Assembly (NCBI GenBank): GCA_963715195.1
Contig: CAVQRT010000001.1
Coordinates: forward strand, 1-22,985
DNA length: 22,985 nt
From: Thermodesulfovibrionales bacterium
Lineage (GTDB): Bacteria > Nitrospirota > Thermodesulfovibrionia > Thermodesulfovibrionales > SM23-35
Direction: 5' to 3'
Shown: one piece after another, positions 1 to 8,245 of the stretch
Layout of the letters: each line of letters begins with the position of its first letter
How positions within the stretch are numbered: the stretch's first letter is position 1
The notes under the pieces: generated by a model
What the model saw: only the letters and a program-made list of their open reading frames with translations
Told to the model about the DNA's origin: nothing
The model's database searches: none
Translations under genes and position numbers: made by a program

Positions 1-796
1 CTCCCTTGTTCCATGCGTAATCCGCTGCACTTTGCAATGTTGTGGAGCTGCTCGAACCGCCTATGCTGATATTAAGAACCCTGACACCGTGATCAACCGC
101 ATAGGTAATAGCCCTTGAGATGTCATAATACGATGCGTAATTGCTGGAGTTCAGAACCACCAGGGGCATGATGGGATTATCACAAGCAAGTCCAGCTACC
201 CCGGTAACATTGTTAGTCATGGCAGCAGCGGTGCCGGCCACTGCAGTACCGTGTCCCAGAACATCGTGGGTGTCGGTATTGCTCCCAAGAAAGTTATACC
301 CCGTGATCAGCTTTCCTGCCAGATCCGGATGATCCGGGTCAACTCCGGAATCAATGATCGCAATAGGCATACTTCCTGATCCTGATGTGATATCCCACCC
401 TGATGGTGCATTAATTTTTGGAAGATGCCACTGCGAGGGATAGTAACTGTCATTCGGTGTTGTGGATGGCTCTGCAAGGAAATTATTCTCGACAAATTCC
501 ACATGCGGATTATGTGAAAGGGCCTCTCTTACCGTCTCAAGTACATGAGATGGCACCTTAATCCGCTTGATCCTGAGCTGCTGTATTTCATCGGCTACCA
601 TTGCGCCGTGAGCGTTTAAGGCTTCATCTGCTTTGTTCTTCGGTGTATCAATGCGGAACTCAATCAGCAGTTCATCTTCGACGAATGATTTCTTGTTCTG
701 TGCCCATGCATTGTCATCTTTGCAGATTAAAACCATAAGGCACAGGAAAGAAATACAAGAACTGCTGAAACTCCTAAATGTTTTCTTTTTCTTCAT
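1..796 (-). CDS. S8 (subtilisin/thermitase-like) serine peptidase with signal peptide and propeptide; continues beyond window start
   Basis: Absent from ORF track (no stop in window). Manual translation from ATG 796 (SD AAAGGAGG): MKKKKTFRSFSSSCISFLCLMVLIC...PNDSYYPSQWHLPKINAPSGWD...IAIIDSGVDPDHPDL (catalytic Asp)...GHGTAVAGTAAA (catalytic His)...VLNISIGG; open to the window edge. Confidence 0.95.
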   Translation of the reverse strand, partial: MKKKKTFRSFSSSCISFLCLMVLICKDDNAWAQNKKSFVEDELLIEFRIDTPKNKADEALNAHGAMVADEIQQLRIKRIKVPSHVLETVREALSHNPHVEFVENNFLAEPSTTPNDSYYPSQWHLPKINAPSGWDITSGSGSMPIAIIDSGVDPDHPDLAGKLITGYNFLGSNTDTHDVLGHGTAVAGTAAAMTNNVTGVAGLACDNPIMPLVVLNSSNYASYYDISRAITYAVDHGVRVLNISIGGSSSSTTLQSAADYAWNKG

Positions 797-1045
797 GAAA
801 CCCTCCTTTGAATTTTTATAATCGCTTAAGCCCGTTCTTCTCTACAATTTCTTTAACTGACAGTTTTTTTATACGGATTTCCAGGGCGAAATGACGTGAT
901 AGCAATCACACCCGTCATTATGTTGCTGGGGTGTAGGTTCACTTGAAAGATGTTCTGGTGCATTTTGGCGTGCTATTCTAGGCTGTGAAGATGAGAAATG
1001 AGTGAAGGAGAAATTAAATTTTCTTAATTAAATCTGACGAGGGTC

Positions 1046-1152
1046 TCATTGCGAAGGTTCCCAGTCCTGACATAAGTCGGGACGGAACGACGAAGCAATC
1101 TCGCAGTCTTGAGTGAGATTGCCGCGCTCCTGTTAGTGGCTGGACAATGACA
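1046..1152. repeat. GTCA/CGTC-tagged palindromic REP-like dimer with nested hairpin
   Basis: TCATTGCGAAGG...GACGAAGCAATCTC / GAGATTGCCGCGCTCC...CAATGACA; internal hairpin GTCCTGAC-ATAA-GTCGGGAC. Confidence 0.7.
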
Positions 1153-1232
1153 ATTTTACAGTATTCAATGCATTTGTATTAATTATCGGTTTAGTAATTA
1201 GATTCTGTCCATAAAACGTGTCTCACACAAGC

Positions 1233-1391
1233 CGTTATTCCCCGACTTGATCGGGGAATGCACCCTTCGACAAGATCAGGGTGACAAATTGGCATGGTGA
1301 GCGTTAGACTGAGCTTACGCCGAAGGCTTTTCGAACCATGGATAGGGAGCCTGCCCCGTACTCGATACGGGGGTAAAGCCCGACAATGACA
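1233..1391. repeat. Nested palindromic REP-like elements
   Basis: GTTATTCCCCGACTTGATCGGGGAAT hairpin (cf. 10433), CCCTTCGACAAGATCAGGGTGACA, CATGGTGAGC...TCGAACCATG, CCCCGTACTCGATACGGGG, ending CAATGACA. Confidence 0.7.
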
Positions 1392-1404
1392 TATAATGGT
1401 TTAA

Positions 1405-1531
1405 CAGGCTGCTGAAAAAGTCTGTTTCTGTCACCCTGAACTTGTTTCAGGGCCTCCTTTTTGATTTTAGGAGATGCTGAAATAAATTCAGCATGACAAA
1501 CTGTCCCGAAAGGGACTTTTTCAGCAGCCTG
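1405..1531. mobile_element. MITE-like element with 18-bp perfect terminal inverted repeats, enclosing a TGTCA...TGACA palindrome pair
   Basis: CAGGCTGCTGAAAAAGTC (1405-1422) and GACTTTTTCAGCAGCCTG (1514-1531) are exact reverse complements; no coding capacity. Confidence 0.6.
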
Positions 1532-1602
1532 CTCTCGGATATTTATGAAAGGTTTAAAGAGCAGTCATGAAATTGGGTTTGGAGGGAACTACACCGGAAT
1601 TT

Positions 1603-3428
1603 TTATATGCCGCAGGCTTTTTCGCCGGTTTTGATCACTATGCCGTCGAAACCTTCATTTACCATCGAATGAGCCTCTTCAATATCATAAAATCCGGTAA
1701 TACGGACCTTATAAAAGTCCCCCTGATGGCAGATCTTAATTTTTTTATTTGAAACTTTTTTCTGCAGGCGTTTCTTGAATGTCGCAGCGGACTCCTGAGA
1801 CTTGAATGCCCCGACCTGCAGTGCATACGAGGTATCCTTTTCATCGTGTTTCATCGCGGATGATGAAGAGGTAACCTGTGTTCTTTTTTCGATATTAGAG
1901 CTTTTCTCTGATAAGGCCTTCTTTTCCGGGGGTACACCCTTAGCATTTAAATACACGGGTCGCTTTGATTCCTTTCTCGATATCGCATCCTTCATGATAT
2001 TCGAGAGTGCGATAAAATCCGGTTTATAAATCTCCCCTCTCCTGAACCAGGTTTCCTGCATTCCTGAGACAAATATCTCAAGTTCAGCCAACGCAATGTT
2101 GAGATCATTGATTGCAACCAGATATTCATTGTATGCCTTGATCAATTCGGCTTCTGCATTCAGAAAGTTGACCATTTTGATGGTGCCTTCCGAATATTTT
2201 TCCGCCGTCTGTTTGAAACTATACTCAGCTGTCTTCAGCTGCTTCTCTTTCACCTCCACTTCCCTTGTCTTTTCCTGAACATGTCCGCCATGCTTCCTCT
2301 GCCTGGAAAATGATCCTCTTCGTCAGATCCTCATGCTCGTATTGCTGCTTCTGCATTAATGCTTTTGCCTTTGACACTTCTGCCTTTGTCCTGTTCCATT
2401 CAAACAGCGACCAGTCGAGCTGCAGAGATAGCATCCATTGCTCGGGTCTCGTCACATTGGTTTCCTTCTGCATCATGTATTTCCCTTCGAGGGAAACCTG
2501 GGGCAGGAAACCACCGCGGGCAATTATGATATCTGAGCCTGCTGCCTGCGCCCGTGCAGAAGACATCTTTAGGTCCTCCCTGTTTGAGAGTGCGAATTCT
2601 TTGACCTCATGAAGCGGAGCAGTGAAGAAACTATTGAGCGGTTCGCCTTTTAGCATAAGGTTTTCGTCGTCCCGGCAGTAAATAAGCCTTTTGAGGTTGC
2701 TGAGCGCGGTCTCAGCCCGGTTCCTTGCTTTAAACACTTCCAGTTCGGAGGCAGCGAGATCGTTTTCAGCGATGAACAGGTCTTCCTTTCTCACATATCC
2801 TTCCTTATTGCGCTCCTGAATAACCCTGAAGCCTTCTTTTTTTGCATCCAGAATCTTTTCGAGTATACCGGTATACAACTGTTCTTTTAAAACTTCATGA
2901 AAAACCTTTTTTACCTCAAAGACGAGCAGTCTTTTCTTTCTCTCAAGATCATATCTCGCCTCTTCATTTAATTTTTGAGACTTTTTGTATGAATGCGTTA
3001 AACGCATGCCGGTAAAGACGGGTTGTTCAATGCTGAATGCAACACCATAGGTTTCCTGATTGTCAGCAGAGAGCTCAACATCAGACGGGTGGAACTCCTG
3101 AAAGAAAGGTGTCGCGGGGGACGAGGAAAAAATCATCTTTGTCCCTGAGGTCATAGTTTCCCTTTAATTTTAACGAGGGAAGAAACCGTGAGGATGCCAT
3201 TTTGACATCTTCTTCCGCTGCCCGAACATCCATTTCGTGTGACTTCAGCCATCGGTTATTTTCTAATGCCCCGGAAATACAGTCATCAAGGGTGAGTTCA
3301 AGGGCGGATGCAGGGTGAGTGAGTAAAGAGAATGTGAAGATGAAAGCTATGAAGAATAGAGTGCAAGAAATGCCCCTCTTTGGTAAAGAGGGGTTAGGGG
3401 AGATTTTCTGAATAAACAATGAAAACAT
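1603..3428 (-). CDS. TolC-family outer membrane efflux protein with C-terminal SPOR domain (2 apparent frameshifts)
   Basis: ORFs 3081-3428, 2225-3154 and 1603-2259 join into signal peptide + LTLDDCISGALENN...FLPSLKL...IEQPVFTG...FLPQVSL...LDWSLFEW (OEP repeats), then YALQVGAFKSQESA...FYKVRITGF (SPOR). Confidence 0.88.
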
Positions 3429-3472
3429 TTTTCTTAAAATCCCTCCTAACCTCCCTTTGCCAAAGGGAGGAA
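3373..3472. repeat. CCCCTC/AAAGGGGG palindromic repeat pair overlapping the TolC start
   Basis: CCCCTCTTTGGTAAAGAGGGGTTAGGGGAGATTTT and AAAATCCCTCCTAACCTCCCTTTGCCAAAGGGAGG in inverted orientation. Confidence 0.75.
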
Positions 3473-3514
3473 TAATAATATTGCTAAGTTTATAGCGAAC
3501 TCTGTTTCAATGTT

Positions 3515-3615
3515 CGTCATTATCCGGCTTGGCGGGAATCCTTCCGCTTCCTCCTTAGTAAAGGGGGATAAAAAGGTTTGTTTGTAAGAAAGATTCCGGA
3601 CAAGCCGGAATGACA
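3515..3615. repeat. CGTCA...TGACA REP-like dimer
   Basis: CGTCATTATCCGGCTTGGCGGGAATC ... GATTCCGGACAAGCCGGAATGACA; right half recurs at 9533-9583 and 18080-18107. Confidence 0.75.
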
Positions 3616-3650
3616 ATTTTACCCTATATTGACCTGAAGTCATAGACTTC

Positions 3651-4675
3651 TTATCGCAAAAATCGTACCGTAACGGTCATATTGTTCTTGAGACCTGTGA
3701 AATCTTCCAGCCGGATGAAAATAACCTGTGTATTAATGTCAAAAGATGCCATGGGATCGAAGGTCCGCTGGGATTTTCTCTTTACGTTCGGAAGAACCTT
3801 ATACACTGTTCCGTTATATGTTTTGTCCTTGTAAGCGTCTGTTATCACTTCAACGGATTGCCCCTCTTTGACCTTTCCGACATCGGTTTCTTCAAGCTCT
3901 GCCCGGATTCTCAACTTGTCCGGATTGACAAGTTCAAGGACAGGAGTGCCGACGTCAACTGATTCACCAACATGCTTGAATTTTTCAGTCACGACGCCAT
4001 TGAACGGAGATGTCAGCGTATAGTCTTTCAAAGATGCCTGATAGTATCTCAATTCTGAATCAGCCTTCTCAGCCGACGATTTTGCCTGCTCGATCTCTTC
4101 GTCTCTTACGCCCTTTTTCAGTTTTTGCATATTCGTTTTGGATTCATCGAATTCTGCAGATGCTCTTTTGAACTGCTCTTCTGCCTTGCTCAGTTCTATG
4201 AGCGTTGTAGCGTCTTTTTCATAGAGCCTCTTTTGTCTCTCGAACTCATCCTTGGATTCCACGTATTTCGCATCTGCCGACTGCATCCTGCTCTTTGCCA
4301 TTGCAACATCCTCGCGCCGGTAGCCTGACTCAAGCTCTCTGAGACGTGAGCGCGCCTCGAAGAGGGTGGATTCTGCCATTTTTACCTTTGCCCTAATCTT
4401 GCTGTCATCGAATTTCACCAGGGGTGTTCCCGCCTTTACCTCATCGCCTTCTTTTACGAGGAAGCGTAGATATTGTAGAGGAAACCTGGCTGCTTGCGTC
4501 GATCTTCTCCTCGCTTTCCACGATTCCTTTCGCTGTTATAAACATCTGTTTTGTTTCAGCACGCTGGGCCGTCGCGTTTTTTTTCCGTAAAATGCCTCGG
4601 ACCGAAGAGGGCAAGAAGAACAGCAACGACGAGAAGACCTATCAACAAAAAGATCGCAAATCGGTTATTTTTCAT
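3651..4675 (-). CDS. HlyD/DevB-like periplasmic adaptor (membrane fusion protein), frameshifted in the 5' part
   Basis: ATG 4675 overlaps the ATPase stop (ATGA); N-terminal TM MKNNRFAIFLLIGLLVVAVLL; AKGIVES, KEGDEVKAGTPLVKFD (lipoyl half), coiled coil, TLTSPFNGVV...GESVDVGTPV, VGKVKEGQSVEV. Confidence 0.9.
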
Positions 4676-5361
4676 GCTTGCCCTCCTTTTTCCCGAATAA
4701 TCATGCCATCCTCCATGTAGAGAATACGGTCAAAGACCTCTTCGACCCTGCTATCATGTGTTGCCACAAGGATGCTTTTCTTCCTCCTGGTGGCAAGTTC
4801 TTTAAGTATTTCCATGACTTTCCTGCCGTTCATCTGATCAAGGTTCCCCGTCGGTTCGTCCGCGAGAATAATGGGGGAGTCCGCTGCGAGGGAACGAGCT
4901 ATGGCAACCCGTTGTTTTTCTCCACCGCTCAGATCTCTCGGGAGGAAATGCAAACGGTCTGAAAGGCCCACACCGGCAAGCATTTCCTTTGCTTTCTGCC
5001 CGGCATTTTCGGTCACCCCTTTTAATTTTAAAACTAACACGACATTTTCAAGAGCGGTCAGAGCAGGGAAGAGATTGAACCCCTGAAAAATGAAAGAGAT
5101 AAATTTTTTCCTGATGCCCGGCAGAGAGGCTTCCCCGAGGGTATTTGTTTCAATGCCATACAGTTTGACTGTACCGCTTGTCGGCCGCAGTATGCAGCCG
5201 ATCAGGGAGAGCAGGGTTGTTTTTCCGCTGCCTGAAGGCCCGAAAAGGCCTACCATCTCGCCTTCATGCAACTTAAAACCAACGGATGAGACTGCCCTGA
5301 CCTCAACCTTTCCTTCTGAGTAGATCTTTGTTAAATCCCCTGCAATGACAGGTGGTTCCAT
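4672..5361 (-). CDS. ABC transporter ATP-binding protein (LolD/MacB/DevA type)
   Basis: Walker A GPSGSGKT, Q-loop FIFQGFNL, signature LSGGEKQRVAIAR, Walker B ILADEPTGNLD, switch VATHD. Confidence 0.96.
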   Translation of the reverse strand: MEPPVIAGDLTKIYSEGKVEVRAVSSVGFKLHEGEMVGLFGPSGSGKTTLLSLIGCILRPTSGTVKLYGIETNTLGEASLPGIRKKFISFIFQGFNLFPALTALENVVLVLKLKGVTENAGQKAKEMLAGVGLSDRLHFLPRDLSGGEKQRVAIARSLAADSPIILADEPTGNLDQMNGRKVMEILKELATRRKKSILVATHDSRVEEVFDRILYMEDGMIIREKGGQA

Positions 5362-5539
5362 GCTCTACCTCATCTGCAGAGAGCATGCTGATTGTAAAGA
5401 ATACAGCTTAGGCAATTTCGGTTGATAAGAATAGCCACTAAACATGCTCAATCTTATCATAAAAAAGGAAAAGTTTGCAGTGCGCAGAAAGAGAAGCAAG
5501 CATCTTAAAGGAGATGAAAAGTATTCTTAAAATATAAAC

Positions 5540-5587
5540 TATTTATCGGTAATCCCCCTCTATCCCCCTTTAGAAAAGTGGGAATTA
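5540..5587. repeat. CCCCTC/AAAGGGGG palindromic repeat (left arm of the pair flanking acyltransferase 1)
   Basis: TATTTATCGGTAATCCCCCTCTATCCCCCTTTAGAAAAGTGGG; near-identical inverted copy at 6495-6538. Confidence 0.75.
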
Positions 5588-5714
5588 TTCAAGGAAAAAA
5601 AAGAAGAAATTTCCTATTTTTGCTGGGAGTACGGGGAGGAATCGAATTTCGTAATAAATTACTTAATTTCTACTATAATTGTGTATAATAGCGCATCTTT
5701 ATAAGGACTATCAC

Positions 5715-6386
5715 ATGGTGCAGTTCCATTTCAGAAAAGTTGTTGATAAGGCTGAGCTCGAAGAAGTCTTCCGGCTGAGATATAAAGTCTACTGCGATGA
5801 GTGGGGATTTGAAAAAGCAGAGGATCATCCGGGCGGCCTCGAATTCGACATCTTCGACAGCAGTTCAATGCACTTTATTTCATTGAATGAAACAGGGCAG
5901 ATAATCGGTACCATCCGCATCATCCTGAATTCTGAAAAAGGATTCCCTATAGAAAACCATTGCACGATTGATGCTGATCTTTCACACCTGAACAGGCAGA
6001 AACTCGGAGAAATATCGCGTTTGGCTGTCAGCAAGGAATTCCGCAAGAGATTCGAGGACCGCTTTATCTATGAAGGGACTCAGGAATACATTCAGCCGCA
6101 GTCTGTTGCTCACGAAAGAAGGACTCGCCACGAGATTGTCATCGGTCTCTATAAATGTATTTATATAGAGAGCAAAAGATTGGGTTTGACCCACTGGTAC
6201 GCTGTCATGGCAAAAGGGCTCTATATCCTATTGAAGCGGATGGGCATTATCTTTAAGCCCGTTGGTCCTGAAAAATTTTATCATGGATTGAGAACTCCAT
6301 ATCTGGGGAATATCGCTGATATAGAAGCTGAGGTGTCGAGACTGCACCCGGAGCTCTTCAAGGAATTCCAGGAAGCCCTGAAATAA
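5715..6386 (+). CDS. N-acyl amino acid synthase, PEP-CTERM/exosortase-associated acyltransferase type (GNAT/FeeM/LuxI-like fold)
   Basis: ATG 5715 after AAGGA; EVFRLRYKVYCDEWGFE...GLEFDIFD, IGTIRII, GEISRLAVSKEFRKR, WYAVMAKGL, VGPEKFYHGLRTPY; tandem TATAAT at 5674 and 5684. Confidence 0.9.
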   Translation: MVQFHFRKVVDKAELEEVFRLRYKVYCDEWGFEKAEDHPGGLEFDIFDSSSMHFISLNETGQIIGTIRIILNSEKGFPIENHCTIDADLSHLNRQKLGEISRLAVSKEFRKRFEDRFIYEGTQEYIQPQSVAHERRTRHEIVIGLYKCIYIESKRLGLTHWYAVMAKGLYILLKRMGIIFKPVGPEKFYHGLRTPYLGNIADIEAEVSRLHPELFKEFQEALK

Positions 6387-6429
6387 ATAGTTCTTCTGCA
6401 AAAAATCTGAAGAAAAAAATTATTTTCAG

Positions 6430-6538
6430 TAATCCCCCTCCATCCCCCTTTATAAAAGGGGGAATAATTACCTTGTTATAAAAGAATAAAGGACCCCACT
6501 TTTCTAAAGGGGGGTAAGGGGGGATTATTCGATAAATA
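6430..6538. repeat. Complete CCCCTC/AAAGGGGG palindromic dimer between convergent genes
   Basis: TAATCCCCCTCCATCCCCCTTTATAAAAGGGGGAA ... CCCCACTTTTCTAAAGGGGGGTAAGGGGGGATTA. Confidence 0.8.
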
Positions 6539-6559
6539 TTTGTGTCTTTTTGTGCAAGT

Positions 6560-7429
6560 TTACGTGCTTAGTGCGCGGGCTTTGCGGAGAATAAGCTTCC
6601 TTCGCAGCCTGTGCAAAAGATTTTTGCCGCCTGATCTCATGCACCCAATTTTGAATTTTCCCCTCATGAGGTCGATCTGCATATAATAGGGTACAGCTCT
6701 GACCTTGCCTTTCCCTGTGAGTATCTTCACTACTTCAGTAGCAACAAGAGATGCGGCAAGGGTGCAGGCGGGAGATACTGCTGGCCCGGTTTTTTGCCTG
6801 AGGCTCACCTTTGACATGTCTATGTACCGGATGTGATATGGGCGAGGCGCGAGCCCTGCTGCAAAGGAGGCGATTTTTTCAAGATATTCCATGGCATCCG
6901 ATATTCCGAAGTATTCATCAAACGACATGCCCCGGGGAGAGAAGACCTGCAAGGTTGCACCGAATCCCAGTGGAGCTGATGTTATTGCGTATATGCCGTT
7001 TTCTCTTGCCTTTTCAAATAACAGTCTTCTCGCATCGATCTCGAAAAAATCTATCCCGTCGATAACAATATCCGCACCCTCGAGAAAAGACTGCACATTG
7101 TCTGTAGCAATCTTTTCAGCAAGAAGCTTTATTTCGGCGTAAGGATTGATATCTTTCAGCATGCGGGCCATTATTTCAACCTTCTTTTCACCGAGGGTGC
7201 TCATTGCGGCTCCATACTGCCTGCTGATATTGACCGCTTCATAGATGTCGGGGTCTGCGATACTGAATTTCCCGACCCCAAGCCTGGCGAGGGTTAGCAT
7301 ATGGATGCCTCCAACTCCGCCAGCGCCCGCAACGGCAACTCTTGACTTCAAAAGCTTTCTCTGATCGTCTTCCGTGAGAAGTCCTATATTCCTTGAAAAA
7401 GGTTCTTTTATGAGAGCGTCGATGTTCAT
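6560..7429 (-). CDS. ThiF/MoeB (E1-like) adenylyltransferase, MoeW/TyzB-like; putative oxazolone-forming cyclodehydratase
   Basis: FSRNIGLL, VAVAGAGGVGG, ADPDIYEAVNISRQ, KKVEIMAR, DIVIDGIDFF, APLGFG, GPAVSPACTLA; lacks the two CxxC Zn motifs of true MoeB/ThiF. Confidence 0.9.
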   Translation of the reverse strand: MNIDALIKEPFSRNIGLLTEDDQRKLLKSRVAVAGAGGVGGIHMLTLARLGVGKFSIADPDIYEAVNISRQYGAAMSTLGEKKVEIMARMLKDINPYAEIKLLAEKIATDNVQSFLEGADIVIDGIDFFEIDARRLLFEKARENGIYAITSAPLGFGATLQVFSPRGMSFDEYFGISDAMEYLEKIASFAAGLAPRPYHIRYIDMSKVSLRQKTGPAVSPACTLAASLVATEVVKILTGKGKVRAVPYYMQIDLMRGKFKIGCMRSGGKNLLHRLRRKLILRKARALST

Positions 7430-7599
7430 GTATCGATTGTCTTATCTCGAACACTATATCATAAAAAATGGCTATTCCCAAAATGAAGAAAATTTAATTT
7501 GATTTTTTCATCTTTAATTTGGGAAAATTGAAACGTTGTGGATTTGAATACAGATAGTTACATTAAATATACAATACGGAATTATCTGAGAGAGGTACG

Positions 7600-8238
7600 T
7601 TGCTGACATTTCACAAGGTAGAAACAGAAGAGGATTTAGAAAATGTTTACCGGCTCCGTTATCAGATATACTGCATTGAAAAAGGGTATGAGCCGAAGGA
7701 AAAATATCCTGACGGCATCGAAATGGATGAGTATGATGTGTACTCGATTCACTTCACCGCAAAAATACGTGACCATACTGTCGGGACAGCCCGGCTGATT
7801 CTCAACAACCCCCTTGGTTTTCCTGGTGAAAAATATTGTAAAACTGACATCGCTTCCTTCAGGTTGAAAAAGGAACAGACCGTTGAAATATCCCGCTTTG
7901 CTGTGAGCACCACATTCGTCAGGGCATTACAATTCGACAGGACAAGAATCCTCATCGGCCTCTTCAGGGAACTGTATCAGGAGACCAAGCAATTGGGGAT
8001 CGAAAATTTGTGCGCAGCCATGGGGAAGGGTCTTCAGAGACTTCTCTGTAAATACGGCATCGTATTTTCGCCCTTAGGGCCGATAATTGATTACCACGGT
8101 CCCCGGGCACTCCACGTCACTTGCATGGCAAATATCGAGGAAGACATTTTCCTGAAGGACTGTGATCTCTTCAAATTTATTTCTTCTCCGGTGAATTTTA
8201 ATCCGTATGCATTAATCCCTCAATACCATCCTGTCTGA
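7600..8238 (+). CDS. Second N-acyl amino acid synthase (FeeM/ExoAT/OxzA-like acyltransferase)
   Basis: TTG start after GAGAGG; VYRLRYQIYCIEKGYE...GIEMDEYD, VGTARLI, VEISRFAVS, AAMGKGL, LGPIIDYHGPR. Confidence 0.88.
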   Translation: MLTFHKVETEEDLENVYRLRYQIYCIEKGYEPKEKYPDGIEMDEYDVYSIHFTAKIRDHTVGTARLILNNPLGFPGEKYCKTDIASFRLKKEQTVEISRFAVSTTFVRALQFDRTRILIGLFRELYQETKQLGIENLCAAMGKGLQRLLCKYGIVFSPLGPIIDYHGPRALHVTCMANIEEDIFLKDCDLFKFISSPVNFNPYALIPQYHPV

Positions 8239-8245
8239 TTCTGCT

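Noticed and set aside
141..821. Short ORFs 141-332, 307-504 and 633-821, and similar antisense ORFs throughout the track
   Set aside because: Shadows of longer recognisable genes, or translations of repeats (e.g. 3446-3643, 10392-10622, 12622-12822).
900..920. Sigma-54 promoter for the S8 protease
   Set aside because: TTGCT is present on the minus strand but there is no GG at the required -24 spacing.
6560..7429. MoeB/ThiF of molybdopterin or thiamine synthesis
   Set aside because: No CxxC zinc motifs and no MoaD/ThiS partner nearby.
5715..8238. LuxI AHL synthases
   Set aside because: Motifs (YHGxR, E(F/M)DxxD, EISR(L/F)AVS) fit the FeeM/ExoAT type; no LuxR nearby.
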